From contig CAJJBM010000019.1 of assembly GCA_905182445.1 (NCBI GenBank), forward strand, positions 1 through 48,161: a DNA stretch of 48,161 nucleotides, read 5' to 3'. The notes under the pieces are model-generated. The model did not search any database, had not been told where the DNA came from, and worked only from the letters and a program-made list of their open reading frames with translations. Shown in pieces: positions 20,459-29,284 of this stretch (its first letter is position 1; each line of letters opens with the position of its first letter). Origin of the DNA: Pelagibacteraceae bacterium AG-422-B15. GTDB lineage: Bacteria > Pseudomonadota > Alphaproteobacteria > Pelagibacterales > AG-422-B15. The translations under genes were made by a program, and so were the position numbers.

Positions 20459-21580
20459 ATGAATAAAAATCTTACTGCTTCAATCGAAGAGATTATTGAA
20501 GATCTTAAAAATGGAAAAATGGTCATCATGGTTGACGATGAAGATCGTGAAAATGAAGGTGATTTAATTATCCCTGCCGCCAAAGCTAATGCTGACGCAG
20601 TAAATTTTATGGCCACATATGGTAGAGGGCTAGTCTGCTTAACCCTAACAGCGGATAGAGTTAAGAAATTAAATTTACCCTTAATGGCTCAAAATAATCA
20701 AGCTAGGGATGCAACTGCATTCACAATTTCAATTGAATCTGTTGAGGGCGTCACAACTGGTATTTCTGCTCAAGATCGAGCTACTACTATTGCAAGTGCA
20801 ATTAATCCTTTAAATGGTCAAAATGATATTACAAGCCCAGGACATGTTTTCCCTCTTGTTGCAAGAGATGGTGGTGTCTTAGTAAGAGCTGGTCATACCG
20901 AAGCATCAGTTGATTTAGCGAGACTTGCTGGTTTTGAGCCTGCTGGAACAATATGTGAAATTATGAATGACGATGGAACTATGGCTAGAATCCCTGATTT
21001 AATTGAATTTAGTAAAAAGCATGACATTAAAATTGGAAAAATTGTTGATTTAATTTCTTATAGAAGGAAGCATGATACTTTTGTAAATAAAACTCTTGAT
21101 GAAAAAATAACTTTAAAAGATGGAAAAGAATTTGATATTAAGGTTTTTGGAAACTCTTTTGATCAAACTGAACAAATTGTCCTTTCCAAAGGCAATATTA
21201 ACGATGGTAAGCCAGTAATTGTTCGAGTTCATGTAATAAGTTATTTTGATGATTTGATTGGTGAATCTGGAAGCGGAAATAAAACTTTGAAACAAACAAT
21301 TGATATTATTAACAATGAAGGCAGAGGGGTTTTAATATTGGTAAGAGACAGTAGTTCTTCGGTAATTAGCAGTTATTTATCTGCAAAAGATAAATCACAA
21401 AAAGAAATAGAAGAACAAAAACAAAGTGAATTAAGAATTTTTGGTATGGGTGCGCAAATTTTATCTGAATTAGGAGTTAGAGATATGATTTTATTAACTA
21501 ATACTGATTGGAAATTTGTTGGTCTTGATGCTTATGATATTAATATAGTTGAAACAAAATTTTTAAAAGATTTAGAATAA
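20459..21580 (+). CDS. ribB: 3,4-dihydroxy-2-butanone-4-phosphate synthase fused to a degenerate GTP-cyclohydrolase-II-like domain (RibBX type)
   Basis: 373 aa. The N-terminal half is a canonical RibB (DDEDRENEGDLI, GHVFPL, RAGHTEASVDLARLAG, NDDGTMAR). The C-terminal half aligns to RibA but lacks its Zn cysteines and catalytic block (see findings). Confidence 0.85.
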   Translation: MNKNLTASIEEIIEDLKNGKMVIMVDDEDRENEGDLIIPAAKANADAVNFMATYGRGLVCLTLTADRVKKLNLPLMAQNNQARDATAFTISIESVEGVTTGISAQDRATTIASAINPLNGQNDITSPGHVFPLVARDGGVLVRAGHTEASVDLARLAGFEPAGTICEIMNDDGTMARIPDLIEFSKKHDIKIGKIVDLISYRRKHDTFVNKTLDEKITLKDGKEFDIKVFGNSFDQTEQIVLSKGNINDGKPVIVRVHVISYFDDLIGESGSGNKTLKQTIDIINNEGRGVLILVRDSSSSVISSYLSAKDKSQKEIEEQKQSELRIFGMGAQILSELGVRDMILLTNTDWKFVGLDAYDINIVETKFLKDLE

Positions 21581-21584
21581 ATAG

Positions 21585-22004
21585 ATGTCCAAAAAAAAAT
21601 ATAAAATACTTATAGTTGCTTCAAGTTTTTATAATGACGTTACCTCTAAGATGATTAATTCTGCTGAAGAAGAGTTAAAAAAAAATAATTGCTCTTATAA
21701 AATTTTACAAGTTCAAGGTTCACTAGAAATACCTACATTAATATCTATAAAATTGAAAAAAGAAAAATATGACGGGGCTTTAGCGCTTGGATGTATCATA
21801 AAAGGACAGACAACTCATAATGAGGTAATAGCAAGTACAATTACTAGCTCACTATTAAATATTTCTATTCTTAATTTAAAGCCTGTTGGAAATGCTGTTT
21901 TAAGTTGTAGTAACCTAAAACAAGCTATTGCTAGAACCAGAGGCTCTAAAAATAGAGCTGCTGAAGCGGTCAATGCAATTATCTCCGTATTAGATAATAT
22001 ATAA
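21585..22004 (+). CDS. ribH: 6,7-dimethyl-8-ribityllumazine synthase
   Basis: 139 aa; ILIVASSFYNDVTSKM...VQGSLEIP pattern corresponds to the IVxxRFN...VPGAFEIP lumazine synthase core. ribH-nusB pairing. Confidence 0.85.
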   Translation: MSKKKYKILIVASSFYNDVTSKMINSAEEELKKNNCSYKILQVQGSLEIPTLISIKLKKEKYDGALALGCIIKGQTTHNEVIASTITSSLLNISILNLKPVGNAVLSCSNLKQAIARTRGSKNRAAEAVNAIISVLDNI

Positions 22005-22010
22005 AATACT

Positions 22011-22430
22011 ATGTCTGACCCAAAATCTTTACAAAGACTACTTGCGGTCCAAACGCTATACCAAATTTCCATAAATGAATTAAGCAGTGAAAATTCTATA
22101 GATTCTATTCTTGAGGAGGCCATGCATCAACCAGGCCTTGAAGAGCTTAAGAAAAAACCAAACTATAATTATGCAAAAAAAATTCTTAATGGCTTCATAG
22201 ATAACTCTATTCAAATTGATTTACTGATTAGAACTAGTTTAACTGCCAATCGCAACCTTGATAAACTAGATAATTTAATTCATGCAATTTTAAAATTAGC
22301 AGTATATGAAATGAAATTTGGTCCAAAAGTTCCAAAAAAAGTAGTAATAAATGAGTATCTAAATATTTCCCATATTTTCTTTACAGGAACAGAATCAAGG
22401 CTAATTAACGGAGTTTTAGACAGTTTTTAG
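22011..22430 (+). CDS. nusB: Transcription antitermination factor NusB
   Basis: 139 aa; RLLAVQTLYQ start and the conserved position after ribH. Confidence 0.85.
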   Translation: MSDPKSLQRLLAVQTLYQISINELSSENSIDSILEEAMHQPGLEELKKKPNYNYAKKILNGFIDNSIQIDLLIRTSLTANRNLDKLDNLIHAILKLAVYEMKFGPKVPKKVVINEYLNISHIFFTGTESRLINGVLDSF

Positions 22431-22553
22431 TAATATAATTTTTATATTTTCATTAAATAAAGCCATATTTTCAATAAAAAATAAACATTGCTTATCTAAC
22501 AATATTTTGGCATGTTCAGCTAAATTTTAGCAACTCTAGGAGCAAACAATACA

Positions 22554-24638
22554 ATGATCATTAATCTCGTTATTCTAAGTGGAATTCTTTCTTTAATTTA
22601 TGGATATTGGGCAGGAAATTCTGTTCTTAAAAGTAATGCTGGTAATGAAAAAATGCAGGAAATTTCACTTGCTATTCAAGAAGGTGCTCAGGCCTATTTA
22701 AACAGACAGTACTCAACTATAGCAATAGTTGGAGTTGTAATTGCTGTTTTACTATTTTTATTATTTAAAGATTATTGGGTTGTTGGCGGTTATTTAATAG
22801 GTGCAATATTATCCGGTGCCGCTGGATACATAGGAATGCTAATTTCAGTAAGAGCAAATGTTAGAACAGCTCAAGCCGCATCAGAAAGTTTGGCTAAAGG
22901 ACTTAATGTAGCATTTAAAGCTGGCGCAGTAACAGGAATGCTTGTTGCTGGTTTAGCATTGCTATCCATTACAGTTTATTATTATTTCTTAGATATGTAT
23001 GCGGTTAGTCCGGCAAATCCTGATGTTATGAAACATTCACTTATTGCACTAGGTTTTGGTGCTTCTTTAATTTCTATTTTTGCTAGACTTGGTGGTGGAA
23101 TTTTTACTAAAGGTGCTGATGTTGGTGCTGATTTAGTTGGTAAAATTGAAGCTGGAATTCCTGAAGATGATCCAAGAAATCCAGCAGTTATTGCCGATAA
23201 TGTTGGTGATAATGTTGGGGATTGTGCTGGAATGGCCGCTGATTTATTTGAAACTTATGTAGTAACTATTGTTGCCACAATGGTTCTTTCGACAATATTT
23301 TTTATAGGTAATACAGAGATGTTAATTTACCCTCTTGCTATTGGCGGCAGTTGTTTAATAGCTTCTATCTTTGGAACTTTCTTTGTAAGACTTGGAAAAT
23401 CAAATAATATTATGGGTGCTTTATATAAAGGCTTCATAGCATCTGCCTTACTATCTTTAGCTATTATGTATCCGGTAACCAATTATGTTATTGGTTTTGA
23501 TTCTTCTTTTACACCAAAAGGAAGTGATATTGAGTTTACAGGTCAGTCATTGTATTATTGTGCAATTATCGGTCTTGTGATTACTGGTCTATTAATTTGG
23601 ATTACTGAGTATTATACAGGTACTAACTATAGACCTGTTCAAAGTATCGCAAAAGCATCTACAACTGGTCATGGAACAAATGTAATTCAAGGACTTGCTG
23701 TTTCTATGGAAGCAACAGCTTTACCAGCTTTAGTAATCGTTATTGGAATAATTGCTACTTTTAAACTTGCTGGTTTATTTGGAATTGCAATTTCAGTGAC
23801 CGCTATGCTTTCGTTAGCTGGAATGGTAGTTGCACTTGATGCATATGGACCAGTTACTGACAATGCTGGGGGAATAGCTGAAATGGCAAATCTACCTGAA
23901 AATGTTAGAAAAACTACAGATGCGTTAGATGCTGTAGGTAATACAACTAAAGCAGTTACTAAAGGTTATGCTATTGGCTCTGCTGGTTTAGGAGCTTTAG
24001 TTCTGTTTGCTGCCTACACAGAAGATCTTAAGTTGATGCCAAGTATACAACCTGACTTTTCCTTAGAAAACCCATATGTTGTTATTGGCTTATTAGTTGG
24101 AGGTTTGTTACCTTACTTATTTGCATCAATGGGTATGATGGCTGTAGGTAGAGCAGGTGGAGCAGTTGTTGAAGAGGTTAGAGAACAATTTGCAGAAAAT
24201 CCTGGAATTATGACTGGTGAAACAAAGCCAAACTACTCAAAGTCAGTTGATCTATTAACAAAAGCTGCAATTAAAGAAATGATATTGCCTTCTATGTTGC
24301 CAGTATTTTCACCTTTGGTTTTATATTATTTAGTTGCCTTAGTTGCTGATCAAAATGCAGCGGCATCTGCTTTAGGCGCAATGCTTCTTGGAGTTATTGT
24401 TACAGGTATATTCCTGGCAATATCTATGACTGCAGGTGGTGGCGCTTGGGACAATGCTAAGAAATATGTTGAAGATGGCAATTTTGGAGGTAAAGGCTCT
24501 GATGCACATAAAGCTGCAATTACTGGCGATACTGTTGGTGATCCATATAAAGACACTGCTGGTCCAGCAATCAATCCAATGATTAAGATAACCAATATTG
24601 TTGCCCTATTGCTTCTAGCTTTTCTAAGTCAGCACTAA
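22554..24638 (+). CDS. hppA: Membrane-bound H+/Na+-translocating pyrophosphatase
   Basis: 694 aa, about 16 TM. Signature [55 protein letters not shown]. Confidence 0.93.
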   Translation: MIINLVILSGILSLIYGYWAGNSVLKSNAGNEKMQEISLAIQEGAQAYLNRQYSTIAIVGVVIAVLLFLLFKDYWVVGGYLIGAILSGAAGYIGMLISVRANVRTAQAASESLAKGLNVAFKAGAVTGMLVAGLALLSITVYYYFLDMYAVSPANPDVMKHSLIALGFGASLISIFARLGGGIFTKGADVGADLVGKIEAGIPEDDPRNPAVIADNVGDNVGDCAGMAADLFETYVVTIVATMVLSTIFFIGNTEMLIYPLAIGGSCLIASIFGTFFVRLGKSNNIMGALYKGFIASALLSLAIMYPVTNYVIGFDSSFTPKGSDIEFTGQSLYYCAIIGLVITGLLIWITEYYTGTNYRPVQSIAKASTTGHGTNVIQGLAVSMEATALPALVIVIGIIATFKLAGLFGIAISVTAMLSLAGMVVALDAYGPVTDNAGGIAEMANLPENVRKTTDALDAVGNTTKAVTKGYAIGSAGLGALVLFAAYTEDLKLMPSIQPDFSLENPYVVIGLLVGGLLPYLFASMGMMAVGRAGGAVVEEVREQFAENPGIMTGETKPNYSKSVDLLTKAAIKEMILPSMLPVFSPLVLYYLVALVADQNAAASALGAMLLGVIVTGIFLAISMTAGGGAWDNAKKYVEDGNFGGKGSDAHKAAITGDTVGDPYKDTAGPAINPMIKITNIVALLLLAFLSQH

Positions 24639-24643
24639 TTAAC

Positions 24644-25066
24644 TTATAATCCACGCGTGAACGCGTCATAAAGTTGGTCTAATATTGAATATTTAGTTCC
24701 ATAATTGTAAGTTTGGTTGATATTATATTCTAAATCTAATATCTGACTTTCATTATAAACGTCTTGTGATATTAAAATGTCATTTGAATCGAAATTGAAC
24801 TCGAATATAATTTGAGCTAAAAATTTATCTTTGGTAAATACTTTTCGTTCTTTAGTGGTGGCTAAATATAGCCATGTATTTCCAACATCTTCAATTTTAA
24901 TAGATGGGGAGCCATAAGAAGCAATTAGGTCTGATTTTGATGAAATACCATTTTCTTGTGGGGTATTTAGTAATATATCATCAAGTTGATAGCCGTGTAA
25001 CTTCATAACGGGAGCACAATTTATTAAAAAAAGTGATAGTAATATAATTATATATGTTAACTTCAT
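24644..25066 (-). CDS. bamE: Outer-membrane lipoprotein, SmpA/OmlA (BamE) family
   Basis: 140 aa; signal peptide ending LFLINC (lipobox-like Cys). Size and position beside the Cbp3-like gene match other alphaproteobacteria. Confidence 0.6.
   Translation of the reverse strand: MKLTYIIILLSLFLINCAPVMKLHGYQLDDILLNTPQENGISSKSDLIASYGSPSIKIEDVGNTWLYLATTKERKVFTKDKFLAQIIFEFNFDSNDILISQDVYNESQILDLEYNINQTYNYGTKYSILDQLYDAFTRGL
24653..24666. terminator. Small GC hairpin at the convergent hppA/bamE junction (two adjacent ACGCGT palindromes)
   Basis: ACGCG-TGAA-CGCGT, 5-bp all-strong stem, lying inside the last codons of bamE and 15 nt after the hppA stop. No U-tract on either strand, so its function is tentative. 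Confidence 0.25.
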
Positions 25067-25077
25067 AATGAATAAAA

Positions 25078-25611
25078 ATGCCTAATTTGATTAATAAAAT
25101 ACTAATAGAAAATATTTATACGAATATTGTCAAAACTTCTAGAAATAAGAATTTTTTCTTAGCTTTTAAAGTTGATGACACAGTCGAGGGTCGTTTTGAT
25201 ATAATAATTCTTCATTCATTCATAGTTTTCCAATTTTTCTTATATATTGGACAAAAAAAATCTGATCTATCACAAATGCTTTTTGACCATATGTTTGCAG
25301 ATTTTGATAATAATTTAAGAGAAATGGGATTTGGTGACATTGCTGTAAATAAGAGAATGAAGCAATTTATTAAAGCATTTTATGGAAGAATTTCTAATTA
25401 CAGTAAAAGTCAGATTCAGTTTGAAAAAATGAATGATGATACAATGCTTAAAAATACTATCTTAAGAAATATATACAAAGATAAAGATCCTGGAAATGAA
25501 AGTATTAATTTTTGGAAAAATTATATAGTTGATAATATTAAATATATTAATGACAATACTTTAGATAAAAATATTATAAATTTATTTTCATTCAAAAGCA
25601 TAGAAAAATGA
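25078..25611 (+). CDS. Ubiquinol-cytochrome c chaperone (Cbp3-like) family protein
   Basis: 177 aa; ...VEGRFDIIILHSFIVF...LFDHMFADFDNNLREMGFGD... matches my recollection of the bacterial Cbp3/UQCC-like domain. Overlaps plsX by 4 nt. Confidence 0.65.
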   Translation: MPNLINKILIENIYTNIVKTSRNKNFFLAFKVDDTVEGRFDIIILHSFIVFQFFLYIGQKKSDLSQMLFDHMFADFDNNLREMGFGDIAVNKRMKQFIKAFYGRISNYSKSQIQFEKMNDDTMLKNTILRNIYKDKDPGNESINFWKNYIVDNIKYINDNTLDKNIINLFSFKSIEK

Positions 25612-26648
25612 TAAAAAAAAGTGATCTTATAAAAGTTTCTATTGATACTTTGGGTAGTGAAACATCGATATCAAATATAATCAAAGGACTAAACACATCT
25701 TTTCTACGAAATGATAATTATTTTTTTAGATTATTTGGGTCACAAGAACAATTAAACCATGAGCTTAAAAAATTCAGTGCGTTAAAAAATAATGTTGAAA
25801 TCATACATTGTGATGAAGTTATTGAAATGAATGATAAGCCCAGTGAAGTCATAAAGAGTAAGAAAAATTCCTCTATGTTCAGATCTATTAAATCTATCTT
25901 AGAGACGGATTCTCAGGCAATATTATCTTGTGGAAACACAGGGGCCTTAATGGCACTTTCACTCTTAAATTTAAAAACATTAAGTTCAATTAAAAGACCT
26001 GCAATTGCATCAATATGGCCCAATATAAATGGTGAATCAATTGTGCTAGACCTTGGGGCAAACATTAAATCTGATAGTCAATTTTTAATTGATAATGCTA
26101 TTCTTGGAACAAGCTTAGCATCAACACTTTTAAAGATTAAAAATCCAACAGTTGGTCTATTAAATGTAGGCAGGGAAGAAAGCAAGGGCAATGAAGTATT
26201 GCAAAAAACTTCTCAAGAATTATCAGAATTAGATACAAAAGGATTAATTAATTATTTTGGATTTATTGAGGGTAGCGATATTTCAAATGGTGTAACTAAT
26301 GTAGTAATTACAGACGGCTTTACAGGAAATATTGCCCTTAAGACAGCGGAGGGAACAGCTAGAATGATACAAACTTTTTTGAAAAACTCATTAAAAAGTT
26401 CACTTATATCAAAATTAGGAGCATTTTTTGCTACCTTTGCCCTATCTTCGTTGAAAGAAAAATTAGATCCTAGAGTACATAATTGTGGAATATTTGTAGG
26501 ATTAAATGCTCCAGTAATAAAATGTCACGGAGCATCAGATCATGTTGGCATAGCTTATGCTGCAGATTTACTGTACATACTAATAAAAGGCAATGTGAAC
26601 GATAAAATTAAGAATAATATAGAAAAAAAAGATAGTGACTATATATAA
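25608..26648 (+). CDS. plsX: Phosphate acyltransferase PlsX
   Basis: 346 aa; DGFTGNIALKTAEG and GLNAPVIKCHGAS motifs. Confidence 0.9.
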   Translation: MIKKSDLIKVSIDTLGSETSISNIIKGLNTSFLRNDNYFFRLFGSQEQLNHELKKFSALKNNVEIIHCDEVIEMNDKPSEVIKSKKNSSMFRSIKSILETDSQAILSCGNTGALMALSLLNLKTLSSIKRPAIASIWPNINGESIVLDLGANIKSDSQFLIDNAILGTSLASTLLKIKNPTVGLLNVGREESKGNEVLQKTSQELSELDTKGLINYFGFIEGSDISNGVTNVVITDGFTGNIALKTAEGTARMIQTFLKNSLKSSLISKLGAFFATFALSSLKEKLDPRVHNCGIFVGLNAPVIKCHGASDHVGIAYAADLLYILIKGNVNDKIKNNIEKKDSDYI

Positions 26649-26717
26649 CTAACTTTTTTTATTAAATAATTCAAATAAACTGTTGTTAATAAATATTTTT
26701 TTAAATATAATTTTTGT

Positions 26718-27047
26718 ATGGAAAAAACTGCAACTACTAGATCTACATTGAGCGAAGCTGTTTATAAAAATGTTGGTTTATCTAGAAATGAGTCTGCGGC
26801 ATTGGTTGACTCAGTTTTTAATGAAATTTCAAAAAGTTTAATTGACGGCCATGATGTAAAAATATCATCTTTTGGCACTTTCATTGTAAGAAATAAAAAA
26901 GAAAGAGTTGGAAGAAATCCAAAAACCGGAGAAGAAGTTCCTATTACTGCCAGACAAGTAGTTACTTTTCGTTCTTCTAATGTATTAAAGTCTGAAGTTG
27001 CTGAGCTTTCAGAAACTAAGATTTCAAATATTATTGGAGAAAACTAA
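26718..27047 (+). CDS. ihfA: Integration host factor subunit alpha
   Basis: 109 aa; HU/IHF fold with the [23 protein letters not shown] arm. Conserved ihfA-merR pairing of alphaproteobacteria. Confidence 0.85.
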   Translation: MEKTATTRSTLSEAVYKNVGLSRNESAALVDSVFNEISKSLIDGHDVKISSFGTFIVRNKKERVGRNPKTGEEVPITARQVVTFRSSNVLKSEVAELSETKISNIIGEN

Positions 27048-27049
27048 AA

Positions 27050-27493
27050 ATGGTAATAAAGTCACCAGAAGCTTTTAGAACAATTAGCGAGGTTTCTAAA
27101 GATTTGTCTCTACCTCAGCATGTTTTACGATTTTGGGAAACAAAGTTTGCTCAGATTAAACCAATCAAAAGAGGTGGTGGAAGAAGGTATTACAGGCCTG
27201 AAGATGTAGACTTACTAAAGGGTATTAAAAATCTTTTATATAATGATGGTTACACAATTAGAGGTGTACAAAAGGTAATTAAAGAAAATGGCTCAAAAAA
27301 TATACTTTTTAGTAACAATAAAGCTAATTTTAAAGTGTCACAAAAAACCTTTACAGATGGTGTAAATAGCTATATTTCTGAGCAAAATGTTCATTCAAGA
27401 ACAGAACAAACCTTAAGTGATAACAAGAGAAAAAAACTTATGGATGTTATGCAAAATCTTGTTGAGTTACAAAGTAAAATAAGTTCAAAATAA
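27050..27493 (+). CDS. MerR-family transcriptional regulator
   Basis: 147 aa; N-terminal [28 protein letters not shown]...[12 protein letters not shown]. Confidence 0.75.
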   Translation: MVIKSPEAFRTISEVSKDLSLPQHVLRFWETKFAQIKPIKRGGGRRYYRPEDVDLLKGIKNLLYNDGYTIRGVQKVIKENGSKNILFSNNKANFKVSQKTFTDGVNSYISEQNVHSRTEQTLSDNKRKKLMDVMQNLVELQSKISSK

Positions 27494-27504
27494 GAAGATA
27501 AATA

Positions 27505-27696
27505 ATGGCTAAAAAATCAACAGTTAAGATCAGACTTGTGCCTGAAGAAAAAACAGATAGTAAGTTTTATTATTATGCTAAGAAACCAACTGCAGGTGAA
27601 AAAGCCAAAGAAAAACTAAGAATGAAGAAGTACAATCCCGCTACTATGAAGCATGAATGGTTTGTTGAGAAGAAACTGCCACCACACAGCAAATAA
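27505..27696 (+). CDS. rpmG: 50S ribosomal protein L33
   Basis: 63 aa; MAKKSTVKIRLV...FYYYAKK...KLRMKKYNP...KHEWFVEKK follows the L33 pattern (KIKLVS...FYTT.KN...KLEL.KFDP...H..YKE.K). Cys-less form. Confidence 0.8.
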   Translation: MAKKSTVKIRLVPEEKTDSKFYYYAKKPTAGEKAKEKLRMKKYNPATMKHEWFVEKKLPPHSK

Positions 27697-27705
27697 TTAC
27701 TTATC

Positions 27706-27993
27706 TTATCTTTTTTTAAATTCTTTATTTTCAAAATCTATATAACATTCGATCATTGATTTCCAAATTGTTCTTAATAATTTCTTATTAACATCAAATT
27801 TTTCAGATTCTTTTTCAATTTTATCTAATATAATCTTTATTCTCTTCGGATCTCTAATTTGTGATTTTAATTTTTTTAGTTCAAGAGCATTTTCAACTAG
27901 CTGCGATCTTTTGATCATTAAAGGTAAGATTTTATCATCAAGCTTATCAATAGCATTTCTTACATCTTTTAATTTACTAAGCTTTTTTTTCAT
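27706..27993 (-). CDS. Chorismate mutase (small AroQ type)
   Basis: 95 aa, all-helical. L..VR..ID.LD..I..L...R pattern at the N-terminus (LKDVRNAIDKLDDKILPLMIKR) is typical of AroQ mutases. Confidence 0.65.
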   Translation of the reverse strand: MKKKLSKLKDVRNAIDKLDDKILPLMIKRSQLVENALELKKLKSQIRDPKRIKIILDKIEKESEKFDVNKKLLRTIWKSMIECYIDFENKEFKKR

Positions 27994-28199
27994 TATGATT
28001 TTTTAAATGGTTTTAATATATACATTGAGGGAAATATCCATAAGTTTCCTAAAATAAAGTATACTATTAATTCTAATATCCAATTATTAAGAATCCAAGT
28101 ATTGTTGAATTTTTGCAAAAAAGCCATAGTTAATAGAATATAAACAAATGTTAAGACTAAAAATATAATTATGCTAAGTATTTTTTTGAATTTAATCAT
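27993..28199 (-). CDS. Small two-TM membrane protein (DUF2842-like)
   Basis: The track ORF runs to 28235 but would overlap the ctaA start. The internal ATG (MIKFKKILSIIIF...) at 28199 is preferred. Two hydrophobic helices. The TAATG junction overlaps the chorismate mutase start by 1 nt. A DUF2842 gene divergent from ctaA is a recollected alphaproteobacterial pattern. Confidence 0.5.
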   Translation of the reverse strand: MIKFKKILSIIIFLVLTFVYILLTMAFLQKFNNTWILNNWILELIVYFILGNLWIFPSMYILKPFKKS

Positions 28200-28215
28200 A
28201 GAGTGATACTTAAAG

Positions 28216-29256
28216 ATGATATTAAATAAAATCAATCTATTTTCGATATGGCTAATCTCACTGATGATATGTGTGGTAATAATTATATTAATTGGTGGTT
28301 ACACAAGGATATCTGACTCTGGGCTATCCATTACAGAGTGGAAACCAATTACTGGTGTTCTATTTCCTTTATCTCAAAGTGCTTGGACTCTAGAATTTGA
28401 AAAGTACAAACTAATTGATGAGTTTAAATTAATTAATAGTTTAATGACTCTTAATGAATTTAAGTTCATATATTTTTGGGAGTGGTTCCATAGATTTTTT
28501 GCAAGATTTATAGGGATAGTTTTTGCTATACCTCTCATTTACCTAGTTTACAAAAAACTTATAACCAAATCTGACCTTCCGTATATATTCACTATAGGAT
28601 TACTTGGTATGATGCAGGCTGTAATAGGCTGGTACATGGTAAAAAGTGGCTTAGTTGACAGGGTCGATGTAAGCCAGTATCGATTGAGCTTTCATCTAAT
28701 TACTGCTTTTTTAATACTTGGAGTAACCCTAAAGTTTTTTGTAAAAAAAAATATATTAAGTAGTGCTGTTGTTATCTCTAAAGAAGAGAAAAATGAGGCT
28801 AAATTTTTCTTCTTGTTACTAGTTTTGACATTTTTTCAAATTTTTTATGGTGCTTATGTTTCAGGAACTCACTCTGGATTATTGTATGATACTTGGCCAA
28901 GCTACAATGAAAATATAATTCCTGTAAATATTTTAGGAAAAGATTCACTAATAGCTAATTTTTTTGAGAATGGTGATTTTATAATTTTCTTCCATCGTAC
29001 TTTTGCATTAGTTCTTACAGTAGTACTATTTATTATAAATTATAGAGTATTTACAAGATCGTTTCTATATGCATATAAAAAAATTATATTGATCTTAGAT
29101 ATTTTATTTCTAATACAAATGTTATTAGGAATATTTATGACTTATTTAAATATACCCTGGCATCTTGCATTATTTCACCAGGGTAATTCAATTTTTATTT
29201 TTATTATTTTAGCTTATTTGCACTCTTATATAAATTTTGCTCGAGCTACACCTTAA
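28216..29256 (+). CDS. ctaA: Heme A synthase (COX15/CtaA)
   Basis: 346 aa, about 8 TM. ...GGYTRISDSGLSITEWKPITG... and HR..A histidine-bearing helices (EWFHRFFARF, FFHRTFALV) typical of COX15. Confidence 0.82.
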   Translation: MILNKINLFSIWLISLMICVVIIILIGGYTRISDSGLSITEWKPITGVLFPLSQSAWTLEFEKYKLIDEFKLINSLMTLNEFKFIYFWEWFHRFFARFIGIVFAIPLIYLVYKKLITKSDLPYIFTIGLLGMMQAVIGWYMVKSGLVDRVDVSQYRLSFHLITAFLILGVTLKFFVKKNILSSAVVISKEEKNEAKFFFLLLVLTFFQIFYGAYVSGTHSGLLYDTWPSYNENIIPVNILGKDSLIANFFENGDFIIFFHRTFALVLTVVLFIINYRVFTRSFLYAYKKIILILDILFLIQMLLGIFMTYLNIPWHLALFHQGNSIFIFIILAYLHSYINFARATP

Positions 29257-29277
29257 AAAGCTTTGCTCGAGCACAAA
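29235..29277. terminator. Hairpin formed by a duplicated TTTGCTCGAGC element at the convergent ctaA/metY junction; candidate bidirectional terminator
   Basis: GCTCGAGC (29239..29246, inside the last ctaA codons) pairs with GCTCGAGC (29265..29272) to give 8 bp. Flanking T/A pairs with one bulged C extend the stem to about 12 bp; the loop is 18 nt. The only flanking runs are A/U-mixed, so it is not a textbook terminator. Confidence 0.4.
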
Positions 29278-29284
29278 TTGATTA

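Noticed and set aside
22508-22531. Sigma-54-like TGGCAT-N5-GC and a 6-1-6 palindrome GCTAAATTTTAGC in the 123-nt hppA upstream region
   Set aside because: The -12 element (GCTAA) does not match TTGC(A/T). The palindrome is short and A/T-rich. Neither can be distinguished from chance by eye.
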